DNA of 64,000 nucleotides, from the IMG/VR virus record IMGVR_UViG_3300036832_001138, positions 9,078 through 73,077 of that record; one strand, 5' to 3'. This document shows, piece after piece, positions 1 to 9,873 of this stretch. The stretch comes from a virus. Both the position numbers and the translations under genes were made by a program. Numbering within the stretch: the first letter of the stretch is position 1; every line of letters begins with the position of its first letter. The notes beneath the pieces were generated by a model. That model had not been told where the DNA came from and did not search any database. It worked only from the letters and a program-made list of their open reading frames with translations.

Positions 1-128
1 TAGATCGCATCGATGTTGGCGTTGTCGTTTATCGCGGCAACATGCCGGAGGTCGCGCTCCTATTCCAAGACCTTTGGAACAAGATGCGCGTCGAACCGGT
101 GCTCTCGCCGTATGGAGGTTCAGTATAA

Positions 129-1232
129 ATGCCGTGGGTCACGCCAACGTTGCAGCAATGCCGCGAGATCGTGCGCGACGATATCACCGCGTCTTTGCAG
201 GGCGCGGCCGTGGTCGGCAACACGGTGCTGCGCGTTATGTCCGATGCGATGGCGGGGATCGGCGCGCTCGTGCTGCGATACGAGGATTGGCAGGCGCGGC
301 AATTGATGGTCGACCAAGCCGAGAAGGAATGGCTCGATCGGCACGGGAACATATGGCTCGTGAACGCCGACGGCACGACCGGCCGCAAGGGCGCGACCAC
401 GGCATCCGGTACGGTAACCTTCACGGGCGTTGCAGGCGTGACCGTTGCCGCGGGCACCGAGCTTGTGTCACCTGACGGGCAGGCGTTTTACGATACGCTG
501 GAATTCATCACGCTCGGCACGGCACCGGTCGAGGTTGCCGTTCGCGCGACGACCGCCGGGGCGGCGGGCAACATACCCGCGGGCACCGCGCTGGCGCTGA
601 CCGTTCCGGAATCCGGCGTCGATAGTGCGGTCATCGTCGTCGATCTGCGCGGCGGTGAGGAAGTCGAGAGCGATGACGAACTCCGCGCGCGCGTGCTCGC
701 GCGTATCCGCCAGCCACCGATGGGCGGCTGCGCTTACGATTACGAGCATTGGGCGATGAGCATTCCGAGCGTGACGCGTGCATGGTGCGCGCCGCGCGAG
801 ATGGGAATGGGCACCGTGACGGTGCGATTCATGTGCGACGCGTTGCGGCCGGAAACCAGCGGCATCCCGACGCAAGACGATATCAATATCGTGCGCAACT
901 ATCTCGACACGGTGCGCCCGGTCGCGGTGCGAGATTTCTTCGTTGAAGCGCCCGTGCCCGAGCCGATCAATTTCAATCTCGCGCTCAAACAGGATTCTCT
1001 CGCGCTGCGCGGGCAAGTGCAAGCGTCAGTCGCGGCGATGATCAGCGAGAAGGCCGCGCCCGCGCACCAAGTCGACGGCGAGCTTGTGGCGGGCACGACG
1101 ATTCTCGCATCGTGGGTTGCGGAGGCGATCAACCGCTGCACGAATGATTTCACGCTCGATATGCAAGATCATCCCATGCCGCACAACGGGGCAATCGGGG
1201 TACTCGGTGCGATCAGCTATCCGATTCCGTAG
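129..1232 (+). CDS. Baseplate J / Mu gp47-like wedge protein
   Basis: 367 aa; motifs 'ESDDELRARVLARIRQPPMGG..DYEHWA..VTRAWC.P...G.GTVTV' typical of Baseplate_J; followed by a gp48-like gene and a tail fibre. Confidence 0.9.
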   Translation: MPWVTPTLQQCREIVRDDITASLQGAAVVGNTVLRVMSDAMAGIGALVLRYEDWQARQLMVDQAEKEWLDRHGNIWLVNADGTTGRKGATTASGTVTFTGVAGVTVAAGTELVSPDGQAFYDTLEFITLGTAPVEVAVRATTAGAAGNIPAGTALALTVPESGVDSAVIVVDLRGGEEVESDDELRARVLARIRQPPMGGCAYDYEHWAMSIPSVTRAWCAPREMGMGTVTVRFMCDALRPETSGIPTQDDINIVRNYLDTVRPVAVRDFFVEAPVPEPINFNLALKQDSLALRGQVQASVAAMISEKAAPAHQVDGELVAGTTILASWVAEAINRCTNDFTLDMQDHPMPHNGAIGVLGAISYPIP

Positions 1233-1242
1233 AGAGAAGGGC

Positions 1243-1292
1243 GAGCCCCGGCAGTCACGCTCTGGAGTTCATGAATTCGATGGCCGGGGCTC
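1243..1292 (-). ncRNA. Solo TIGR-like guide unit
   Basis: + strand GAGCCCCGGCA-gtcacgctc-TGGAGTTCA-tgaattcga-TGGCCGGGGCTC: same 9/9/9 core and inverted stem as the array units; intergenic. Confidence 0.75.
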
Positions 1293-1343
1293 TAAGTCGC
1301 TTGGGAGCGACCTGACGACAAGTTTAGAAAAGATGGAGAGAGA

Positions 1344-2375
1344 ATGCCACCGCCTCCTGGCCCGCCGGTCGAAGATCGCCACGTCCGCCGCGGGCAGGAA
1401 GAATATTCGCACGCCATAAGCGCGTTGCTGCCGCAAGGCATCGCGTGGCCGCGCTGGCCTGACAGCGTTTTGATGCAAACGGTCTATGGCCTCGCGGGCA
1501 TCATGGGTTATGCCGACGGCCGGATCGCCGATCTGCTTGAGCGCGAAAGCGATCCGCGCATCACAACCGAAATGCTCGATTGGTGGGAGCGGGCGTGGGG
1601 CTTGCCTGATCCCTGTTACACCGGTCCGTCGACCATCGGCGAGCGGCAAAAAGCGCTGATGATGCGCATGACGTTAATGGGCGGGCAGTCGCGAGAATTC
1701 TTTATCGCGATGGCCGCCTACATCGGCTACACGATCGCGATCAGCGAGTACAATCCCTTCATTGTTGGCATCGCGCCGCGCTACCAAGGGCACTATTATC
1801 AGGGCAATTATGACGTTGTTGCCAACTCGCCCGATCTCAGGGCGATCACGCCGAGCAAGGATCAGTTTTGGAGCGCGGTGACGCCGGATGCCGGATACAA
1901 CACGCCGCCCGGTTACACCAATGCGCCGACGCCATCCGCATTGACGGTTGCGCTGCCGCCGCTGACTGCCGGAGCGGCAATCTCTTTCGGCGATCGCTTG
2001 TGGTTCGACGGCACCAATTGGAAAATTGCCCCGGTCGGGCAAAGGTTCTATTCCGACATCGCGGGTTTTGACGAATCGCTGCGCTCGCGCTGCGGAGATA
2101 ACCGCGATTACAAGGCCGACGGTTCGCTCGGCGAATGGCCCGCACAGATCGGTCATCCGGCGATGCGGTTTGCTTGGACCGTGCACGTCTACCGCGCGCG
2201 GCTGACGTGGTTTCGCGCGAGCAAGGGCCAAGCCGGTGTCGATCCGCATTTGCGCATCGGCAAGGCCGAGGACCTTGAGTGCATCATCCGCCGATGGCGG
2301 CCCGGTCATACCGAGGTGCTGTTCGATTACAGCGGCACCGCTGCGCCGGGCGATCCCATGGCTGGTACGCCGTGA
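1344..2375 (+). CDS. Mu gp48 / YmfQ (DUF2313)-like baseplate protein with an internal extra domain
   Basis: 'ALLPQGIAWPR', 'LLERESDPRITTEMLDWWERAWGLPD', 'GGQSREFF', 'LECIIRRWRPGHT'. Confidence 0.85.
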   Translation: MPPPPGPPVEDRHVRRGQEEYSHAISALLPQGIAWPRWPDSVLMQTVYGLAGIMGYADGRIADLLERESDPRITTEMLDWWERAWGLPDPCYTGPSTIGERQKALMMRMTLMGGQSREFFIAMAAYIGYTIAISEYNPFIVGIAPRYQGHYYQGNYDVVANSPDLRAITPSKDQFWSAVTPDAGYNTPPGYTNAPTPSALTVALPPLTAGAAISFGDRLWFDGTNWKIAPVGQRFYSDIAGFDESLRSRCGDNRDYKADGSLGEWPAQIGHPAMRFAWTVHVYRARLTWFRASKGQAGVDPHLRIGKAEDLECIIRRWRPGHTEVLFDYSGTAAPGDPMAGTP

Positions 2376-2435
2376 TCCTCCCGCGCCGTTGAGACGGCGC
2401 GCATCAACCAAAGCGTTCAAAGAGGGAAATGCGCG

Positions 2436-3770
2436 ATGAAATATTCGCAGCCGTTCGGCACGCCCGATCCACCGCTCGGAACCTACCCGAGATTCGTTAA
2501 CGGGAATCCCGTGACGGGCACCGAGGGCTCGATCCCTCCGGCGACCGCGTTCGACGAAGACCAAATCGAGATCATCACCGTTATCCAAAACGCTGGTCTA
2601 ACGCCGGATCACGGCGACCTGACTCAGCTATGGCAAGCGTTGATGGCGCTGTTTGCGCAGAAGTACATCACCACGCCAATCACCAAGACGATACACGGCG
2701 CGGGCGCGGATTTTCCTGATTTGATTGCGGCGTTTAATTGGGTCGCGCAATACATCATCACGCCGACGGGTAGCGTCACGTTTCTTTGCGCGTCGGGGAC
2801 ATGGAATTACACGCAAACCGTCGAGGTTAATCACCCGAACGCCGATCGCATTGTCGTCACTGGCCCTGCGCTTACCGGAGCTTCGCCAGCGCAGAATCAA
2901 CTCTCTGTCACGTGGCCGATCACCGGCACGTCGCGGCAGACCGACGGCACCAATCAGCACAATCAGTTGAAGGGCATTTACGCGTGCGAGCTTAGCTTTC
3001 TTGGCGGCGTGAGCGGGTTTCGCGTCTACCGCGGCGGCGTGACCATTCGCTATCTCTTGATCAGCGGGACGCAAACGGTCGCGCAACCGCACGCGGGCGA
3101 TCCCGGCGGCTGCGGCATCTGTGCATTTGCCACCGTGGTGCTCGACGGCACGGCGGTATGGGGCTTCGGCAATCATGGTTATTACAGTCAAGGCGGCGCA
3201 TTTTTATCCTACACATCGCTTTCGATCATTGCGTCGTTTTGCAATTCATGTGGCTTTTGGACCTTCGGCGGGTTGATCTCGTTTCTGTCCAATCAAAACG
3301 TTATCAGCACCTCACACGGCTCTTGCGCGTTTGCCTGTTTCGGCACCGAGGTCTATTCCGGTATTGTCGATGCGCGCGGGATCGCGACACCGAAAACCGT
3401 TGCGGGCGGCGGTGCGTCTAACGTTGGCGCGGTCACGGTCGAGCAGGGCACGCAATTCATGATGGGGGCGGGAAGCCTTGTGCGCTACTGCAACAACCAG
3501 GGCTGCACCGTCGCCGACTGCTCGACGCTGCAACTCAGCGGCAGCACGGTGATGGATTGCAGCGTTTGGCAGATTTGGATGAACAACGGCGTATGTTGGG
3601 CGGAGGGCTCAAATATTCAGCAAACCGCGGGCACGGTCTATCCCAACGGCGGCGTTGCGGTTCTGCAAAACGGTGCACAGCTTTCGTTGCTCGGTGCTGT
3701 TGTCGGCGGCAGCGTCTTCCCGACGCCCAACACGTACAACATGGCGAACAATTCTTTCGTGCGCATGTAA
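2436..3770 (+). CDS. Tail fibre / tailspike
   Basis: Mu-like fibre N-terminus 'NGNPVTGTEGSIPPA..EIITVIQNAGLTPDHGDLTQLWQAL', then a G/S/V-rich, probably beta-helical region; directly follows the baseplate genes. Confidence 0.8.
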   Translation: MKYSQPFGTPDPPLGTYPRFVNGNPVTGTEGSIPPATAFDEDQIEIITVIQNAGLTPDHGDLTQLWQALMALFAQKYITTPITKTIHGAGADFPDLIAAFNWVAQYIITPTGSVTFLCASGTWNYTQTVEVNHPNADRIVVTGPALTGASPAQNQLSVTWPITGTSRQTDGTNQHNQLKGIYACELSFLGGVSGFRVYRGGVTIRYLLISGTQTVAQPHAGDPGGCGICAFATVVLDGTAVWGFGNHGYYSQGGAFLSYTSLSIIASFCNSCGFWTFGGLISFLSNQNVISTSHGSCAFACFGTEVYSGIVDARGIATPKTVAGGGASNVGAVTVEQGTQFMMGAGSLVRYCNNQGCTVADCSTLQLSGSTVMDCSVWQIWMNNGVCWAEGSNIQQTAGTVYPNGGVAVLQNGAQLSLLGAVVGGSVFPTPNTYNMANNSFVRM

Positions 3771-3779
3771 GGAGGCACT

Positions 3780-4010
3780 ATGACCGATGTTGGTGTTGGC
3801 AGCGGCTATAAGTTTCCTCTCACGCCCTTGACGTGCAACTACTGCGGCGCGGTTTGGGATCGAGTCAATCCGGTGGTTCACACCGGAACGGCGAATCAAT
3901 TCTCCGGCCACACCGATGCCGAATGGGAGCAGTGGCGGATCGATCAGGGCATTCCTGACGGCCAACCTTACGCGCGCTGGACGCCGGTCGCGCCCCCGCC
4001 CGGACCATGA
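3780..4010 (+). CDS. Hypothetical protein
   Basis: AGGAGG RBS, 76 aa, CxxC, coupled to the next ORF. Confidence 0.6.
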   Translation: MTDVGVGSGYKFPLTPLTCNYCGAVWDRVNPVVHTGTANQFSGHTDAEWEQWRIDQGIPDGQPYARWTPVAPPPGP

Positions 4011-4900
4011 CGCTTCGTCCGCGCATCCCGCTCGATCTCGGCATTCGGCGACCGCCGATCGTCAGTCCATTCTTTACCTATCCCTATCAAAATCCGGTGT
4101 ATCCGCCGGACATGCCGATTCCGGAGATGGAGCAAATCGCGCGCGACGCGGCAATGGCGCGCGCGCAGTCGCCGGGCGAGCGCGTTTGTTTGATCGATGA
4201 GGCGACGGCGCTCGAAAACCCGACACATACGCACCCTTACGATGAGTGCATGAATTATCGGCACGATCACGTCGTGGCGGATAGCGATCCCTGGACCTAC
4301 TGGCAACTGCTCGATCAGGTTGTCTCGAAGTTTATGGCGATCCCGCCGCCGCCGCCGCCGCCGCCGGTTGGCTGGAATTCTCGCGCCCGCGTCAACGAAA
4401 GCGGCATTTCGATCATGGATGGGACAAGCCCCGGCTGGCAGGGCTTCACGTGGGCGACCATGATCGGCGCGTCGCGGATTAAGCTCGGGCCCGGCAACCA
4501 AAGCCGCGTCACGATCCAAGGGCTTGCGCTGATCGGTCCGGTCTACCTTTGCCCGATCGCCGCACCGGCAAAACCGTTCATGGCGAACATCATTTATCCG
4601 CTAACCTTCAATGGCGGGCAGGGTTTAGTCGTGCCGCAACCGCCTGATTATGTGGCAACATCTGATCCGCTGCCGCACGGACTCGACCTTCCTAACGGTG
4701 TCATGATTTATTCGTATGTTCCGGACGTAGCTCCGGGGCAACCGACCGGGTATATCGGCCACCGCAACACCGAACAGGATTGGTACTCGCGATGGGCGTA
4801 TGGCAATTGGTCCGGGCATTATGATCTGTTCACGCCGACGGCGTGGGTTGCTGCCCCCTTTGGCTCGATTGGGGTGTTAGAGTTCGACGCGAACTACTGA
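4007..4900 (+). CDS. Hypothetical protein with poly-Pro linker, possibly virion-associated
   Basis: 297 aa; ATGA overlap with the upstream ORF; PPPPPPPP linker. Confidence 0.65.
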   Translation: MTLRPRIPLDLGIRRPPIVSPFFTYPYQNPVYPPDMPIPEMEQIARDAAMARAQSPGERVCLIDEATALENPTHTHPYDECMNYRHDHVVADSDPWTYWQLLDQVVSKFMAIPPPPPPPPVGWNSRARVNESGISIMDGTSPGWQGFTWATMIGASRIKLGPGNQSRVTIQGLALIGPVYLCPIAAPAKPFMANIIYPLTFNGGQGLVVPQPPDYVATSDPLPHGLDLPNGVMIYSYVPDVAPGQPTGYIGHRNTEQDWYSRWAYGNWSGHYDLFTPTAWVAAPFGSIGVLEFDANY

Positions 4901-4933
4901 GTCGAATCACAGTGGAAAAACGTAAAGGACCAA

Positions 4934-4963
4934 TTGCCAAACGCGGACAATTGGCCCTAGCTT
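4934..4963 (+). promoter_or_regulatory. Putative sigma70 promoter with degenerate operator
   Basis: TTGCCA-N18-TAGCTT enclosing GGACAATTGGCCC. Confidence 0.4.
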
Positions 4964-4998
4964 GATTGCTCTCACCTCAAACAGAAGGAGTCGTCATT

Positions 4999-5631
4999 AT
5001 GGTCGGAAGACTCGCCTACATCGTGTTTCTGGATTCCGGTGGTCCGGTCGATCCGGGCTTCGGCGTTCCCGGTTGGCCCGCGCATCCTATCGCACCGGGC
5101 GGGCCGCCTCCCGGCATCTGGCCCGGTCCCGGCTACCCGGCACATCCGATCGCGCCCGGTGGTTCTCCGCCCGGCATTTGGGGCGGTGCGCCAGCATGGC
5201 CCGCGCACCCGATCGCGCCCGGTGGTCGGCCTCCGGGTTTTTGGGGCGGGTCACCCGCATGGCCGAGCCATCCCATCGCGCCCGGTGGTTCGCCTCCGGG
5301 TATTTGGGGCGGCGTTCCGCCGAACTACATCGACATCGGGTTACCGGGCCAGCCGCCCGGCATTTGGGGCGGTGGCAATCAACCGTTCCCGACGCCGCCG
5401 ATCTACATTCCGATCCCGCCCGGCGAGCAGCCGCCCGAAGGCGGCAATGGGCTCTTGCCTAGTCATCCGATTGTGATTCCACCGTCGGAAGGCGTTCCCG
5501 AAGATAGCCAAAAATACTTGGTTCACGTTTACGTCGCGGGGGTTGGTGGAGTGTGGTTCTTGATCCAACCGCCGCCCATGCCGACGCATCCGTGGGTGCC
5601 GCCCGCTCCACCGGCAGGGCCGAAGGCGTAA
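4999..5631 (+). CDS. Pro/Gly-rich repeat protein
   Basis: GAAGGAG RBS before ATG 4999; four repeats of P(A/S)HPIAPGGxPPG(I/F)W. Confidence 0.75.
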   Translation: MVGRLAYIVFLDSGGPVDPGFGVPGWPAHPIAPGGPPPGIWPGPGYPAHPIAPGGSPPGIWGGAPAWPAHPIAPGGRPPGFWGGSPAWPSHPIAPGGSPPGIWGGVPPNYIDIGLPGQPPGIWGGGNQPFPTPPIYIPIPPGEQPPEGGNGLLPSHPIVIPPSEGVPEDSQKYLVHVYVAGVGGVWFLIQPPPMPTHPWVPPAPPAGPKA

Positions 5632-5786
5632 CGCGTGACATCTTTCGGTGACGGGCAACCCCCATCACCGTGAGCCCTCGACGTTAAGAGCGTCCGAACG
5701 TTCTGGAGAGCGCCCGAACGTTTCTGGCGTCGAGGGCAACCACGATGAGCGAAAAAGCGGCCCCGACGCTTAGAGCGCCGGGGCCT

Positions 5787-5838
5787 GTGATCCGGGCATC
5801 AGGTTATTGGAGTTCATAGGTCGCGTGGCCGGGATCAC
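5787..5838 (-). ncRNA. Solo TIGR-like guide unit
   Basis: + strand GTGATCCGGGCA-tcaggttat-TGGAGTTCA-taggtcgcg-TGGCCGGGATCAC; own stem sequence, identical core. Confidence 0.75.
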
Positions 5839-5893
5839 GCGATCAAGTCTTACAGGGACTTTGCCTAAAGGGTAGAGGCAGAATGAAATGGCG

Positions 5894-5924
5894 GCGGGCT
5901 GCTTCGGCGGCCCGCTTTGTTTTT
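5894..5924 (+). terminator. Intrinsic terminator just upstream of the endolysin
   Basis: GCGGGCTGC-TTCG-GCGGCCCGC-TTTGTTTTT. Confidence 0.65.
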
Positions 5925-5935
5925 GGGAGCACGCC

Positions 5936-7744
5936 ATGCGCAACAATCCGATCGCGATCTCGTCGGGCCACGGCAAGTTTATTCGCGGTGCGAGCGGATA
6001 TCTCGACGAAGTTGACGAAGCGCGTCGCGTCGTTGCGCGCGTTGCTGACATGCTCACCGAACGCGGCGTCACCGTGCGCGGCCCGTTCAATGACGATACG
6101 AGCACAACGCAAAACGAAAATCTCAATCGCATCGTTGACTGGCATAATTCGCAAGAGCGCGTGCTCGACGTGTCGGTGCATTTCAACGCGAATGAAACCA
6201 CGTCGTCGCCGATGGGCACCGAAGTGCTCTACGTCACGCAACAGATGCTCGCGGCCGAAGTCTCGACGGCGATCGCGGATGCGGGCGATTTCAAGGATCG
6301 CGGACCAAAAAAACGGACCGATCTCTACGTGCTCAATAACACCGACATGCCTTGTATCCTGCTCGAAGTGTGCTTCGTTGATAGCTCGGCGGACGCCGAA
6401 CTATACGAAGACAACTTCGATGCGATTTGCGACGCGATCGCACAATCGATCTGCGATGTGACGGGCGAAGACGCCGGGCCGCAGCCGCCGGATCGTCCGG
6501 ATCGCCCGGAGCGGCCGCCGCAACCGGAAGTGCCAACCGAGCGCCCCGAGCTAAGCAAGGGCGATGAGGGCCCGTGGGTCGAGAGCGTACAGCGAACACT
6601 CGGCCTGCCGCTCGACGGCGACTTCGGCAATACGACACAAGCGGGCGTGCAAGGCTATCAGCGCGCGGTCGGGCTTTCCGCCGATGGCAAGGTCGGCGAC
6701 ACGACATGGAAATATCTCGATGAGCTTGATCGCCGTATGGCGACCGGCGACGCCGGGATCAGCGATGAACTCGCGGCATCAATCGATGAGTTGGTCGCGG
6801 ACTCGGGCATCATAGAATATTTGTGGCCCGATCGCGGGCAAGCGCCGATGGGTTATTACAACGGCATTGCCAAGACCTACGCGTTAGCGATCAAGCGCTA
6901 TGCCAACGGCGACGGCGCGACCGCGATCATGGCGCAAGCCGAAACCGGCAGTGCCAGCCATGATGCGCTGACGTGGTATCACGATGAATTCGAAGCGCGC
7001 GGGATGCGCAACGATGCGAATAGCGTCGACACGCTGCGCCATCTGTTCGTGATGCTCACCGGGCTCGGGGTGCGCGAAAGCACCGGCAACCATTGGACCG
7101 GGCGCGACATGACCGCCGACAATGTGGAATCCGACACGTGCGAAGCTGGCGCGTGGCAATCGAGTTGGAATCTCAGCAATTGCTCGTCGGAAATCAGCAA
7201 GCTATTCGATGAGTTCAAGATCGATCCGAACGCGTTCCGCCCGAGCTACAGCGAAGGCGTGGTGCCCTATCCGGATGATCTCGACAACTACGGCGGCGGC
7301 GACGGTGCGACGTATCAATTCCTCGCGAAATATTCCCCGGCGTTTGCTGCATTGATGACCGGTGTCGGCATGCGGTTGCTCGGCGGCAGCGAGGGGCATT
7401 GGGGGCCGATTCGCCGCCGAGAGGTGACGATCGAGCCGCGCATCGATGAACTTCTCACCGAAGTCGATTTGCTGGTCGAGAATGAGGACATCGAGCCGCC
7501 GGGCCCCCGTCCTGATCCGCGGCCGCCGCAACCCGAGCCCGGCGCGGCTTACGTCGCCGTCAATGTCTCGGCGTTGGGTCGCGTGATCGTCAATATCGAG
7601 GAACCAACTAACGAACCATCGGACGAAGTGCCGGAGGTGACGATCAGCGTGCGCAGTAAAGGTGCGGTCGCAGTGAGCGTGAACCACGGCACGCCCGACG
7701 AGATCGCCGATGCGTTGCGCGTTGGTAAGGTGAGACACGTGTGA
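5936..7744 (+). CDS. Endolysin: N-acetylmuramoyl-L-alanine amidase (Amidase_3) + peptidoglycan-binding domain + C-terminal domain
   Basis: 'ISSGHG..E..VSVHFNA..GTEV..ILLEVCFVD' amidase motifs; 'LSKGDEG..VQRTLG..DGDFG..T..YQRAVGLSADGKVG' PG_binding; GGGAG RBS before ATG 5936. Confidence 0.9.
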   Translation: MRNNPIAISSGHGKFIRGASGYLDEVDEARRVVARVADMLTERGVTVRGPFNDDTSTTQNENLNRIVDWHNSQERVLDVSVHFNANETTSSPMGTEVLYVTQQMLAAEVSTAIADAGDFKDRGPKKRTDLYVLNNTDMPCILLEVCFVDSSADAELYEDNFDAICDAIAQSICDVTGEDAGPQPPDRPDRPERPPQPEVPTERPELSKGDEGPWVESVQRTLGLPLDGDFGNTTQAGVQGYQRAVGLSADGKVGDTTWKYLDELDRRMATGDAGISDELAASIDELVADSGIIEYLWPDRGQAPMGYYNGIAKTYALAIKRYANGDGATAIMAQAETGSASHDALTWYHDEFEARGMRNDANSVDTLRHLFVMLTGLGVRESTGNHWTGRDMTADNVESDTCEAGAWQSSWNLSNCSSEISKLFDEFKIDPNAFRPSYSEGVVPYPDDLDNYGGGDGATYQFLAKYSPAFAALMTGVGMRLLGGSEGHWGPIRRREVTIEPRIDELLTEVDLLVENEDIEPPGPRPDPRPPQPEPGAAYVAVNVSALGRVIVNIEEPTNEPSDEVPEVTISVRSKGAVAVSVNHGTPDEIADALRVGKVRHV

Positions 7745-8109
7745 TGCACATCGTAACTCCCAATGAGCTAACGTTGCCGCAGCGAGTCGCGTTAACCCTT
7801 GTCATTGTATTCGTCATTCTATTCGCGTTCACGGCGTTCGGTTACTTTCAAGGAACGCGCGACGCCGAAGGAAAAGAAATAGACCTGTATCAAGGAATTC
7901 CGTTGGATGAAAAGTTGTTGCAGTTGGACAGGCGCGCGCTCGACGAAGCCTACCATGCGCATCTGATAAAGCTCTGGAACGTGTGGCTTACCGATGGCGC
8001 GCGCGAGGCGCAACGCATCACCAACGGATTGCGCATTGCGCGCGAATCTTATGCGGTGGCAGCGGCGCAAATCGCCAAGCGCGAACAGCAACAGGAGCAG
8101 CGCAAATGA
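7741..8109 (+). CDS. Membrane protein of the lysis region
   Basis: One N-terminal hydrophobic helix; overlaps the endolysin stop. Confidence 0.6.
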   Translation: MMHIVTPNELTLPQRVALTLVIVFVILFAFTAFGYFQGTRDAEGKEIDLYQGIPLDEKLLQLDRRALDEAYHAHLIKLWNVWLTDGAREAQRITNGLRIARESYAVAAAQIAKREQQQEQRK

Positions 8110-8258
8110 ACACGATCCTAATCATCATTCTCGTGCTGTTGCTGATCGGCGCTTTCCCGTCGTGGCCGTATTCGCGCGGATGGGGCCCCTATCCCGCGGG
8201 CGGCATCGGGCTCGTGCTGGTCATCTTATTGATCCTGATCTTGTTGGGGCACGTCTGA
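8106..8258 (+). CDS. DUF3309-like small membrane protein
   Basis: MNTILIIILVLLLIGAFPSWPYSRGWGPYPAGGIGLVLVILLILILLGHV. Confidence 0.8.
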   Translation: MNTILIIILVLLLIGAFPSWPYSRGWGPYPAGGIGLVLVILLILILLGHV

Positions 8259-8394
8259 AACATGGCGCAGAAACGAAGGCGCATGACCGAGCGCGAAGCG
8301 CGCTTCGAAACCCGGTTTATCTACGTGCTTTTGGTCGGGTTCGTGATCGCGATCTCCGCGGTGCTCTATTTCTATTTCACCGGGGCGATCAGCA

Positions 8395-8595
8395 ATGGAG
8401 CGGGCAATGCGGTTCAATGATCTTAGGCGCGAAACGCAAGTGGCGATCGTGATCTTTTTGGTGGTGGTCGCCGGGTTGCTTGCGATCGCGCTTTACGGTT
8501 GGCTCACGGGCGCGTGGGAGTTCCCGGTCGATTGGCGTGAGACTTCGGAATTGTCACGATCGGCCACGCTGCTTATCAACAATATTGGCCAGTAA
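8395..8595 (+). CDS. Small membrane protein
   Basis: Hydrophobic helix; last gene of the + strand block. Confidence 0.5.
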   Translation: MERAMRFNDLRRETQVAIVIFLVVVAGLLAIALYGWLTGAWEFPVDWRETSELSRSATLLINNIGQ

Positions 8596-9873
8596 TTCGA
8601 ACGGTATCGTCACACAATGATCCCAGGCGTATTTCTGACCGAAATCGAGGATCAGATTGCCATCTTTATCGGTGCTGGGAAGGGCGGCCTTGGGCCATTT
8701 GATCATGCCTGCGATTGGTTGCGCTTGCGGTGTTGCGTGAGTCCACATGAGCTTTTCCTCCGATTTGTTTGATTGATCTTCGGTGGCGGCCCGCGAAAGC
8801 GCGGTAGGGAATCCAACCCCTGCCGCGCTTTTCATTTTTGCGCCTGCTTTTGCAACTCCCGCAACGTTTCAATCGCGGGCCAGAATTGATCGCGGCACGG
8901 GCAAGCGCTCGGTTTGCCGTGGGCGCAACTTCCGCAGCATTCGTCGGTCAAAGCCGTCAATGCCGCTTCGGCCGCGCGGTACAAATCCATCATTTTTGCG
9001 TGCTCGTTTCGTTGATGATCCGCGCGCGCAATTCATCGTCGGTTTCGAGGCGGAAACCTTCGACAACCCCAATCAAGAGATCGCACGGCTGTGCTTCGCC
9101 CGGTTTAAGCGGGATCAATCGCCGAGTGAAATGCGGACCGCTCAACTCTGCTAAGATGTCTTCGATGTCTTTCATTTTGTGTGCCCGCGTCGATTGCCTT
9201 GACCCTCACACATGAACCATGCCGGGGGCGGCGGGGAGGCAATCTTTCGGCCCCGACGCGCGGGCTCGCCGAGTAGGAACTTCCGCCCCCGAGCGCATCC
9301 TAGCTCACACGCCGAAGCCGCGCACGCAAACTATCGTGGTGCACCACACCGTCGGGCCGCCAATCCTCGATCCGCTCGATCCCCTGTAGCTTCTCGAATG
9401 CCTGATTGCGCAGACGTAGCTCGCGCGCGGCTTGCGTCTTCTCTCGCACGGCCTGATCCTTCGCCGTCGCTTCCGCCATGCACCGATTGATCTTGTACGC
9501 GCGATATTTGCCGATCGCGACGCACAGCATCATGATTGCGAAGATGATAAGCCACACGACCATCATCGCGGCAGCGTGGAATTCCTGATCGCCGTTCATT
9601 TGTTATCTCCCCAATTCGATCCGCCATCGTCTTCCTTGGGGATGCGCTGTGCCCACACAATGCGATTGATCAGGCCGCACGTGACGTTGAAGCGAGCGCG
9701 GCAAATGACATTGCCGCACTCGATATTGATTGCCGAGCCGCCGCGCGGGCCAAGCACGAAACCGCGATAGCCGCAGTCCGGGCAATGGCCCGCGTTGAGC
9801 CGACCGAGGGTGATCTCGTCGAGCATTTGCATTTCGAAATAGACTGGATCACCGGGCCCGGTGGGCATTCGCG

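Noticed and set aside
5845-5885. c-di-GMP riboswitch-like 'GCCTAA..GGTAG'
   Set aside because: No recognisable GGGCAAAC/GAAA P2 stem; resemblance too short
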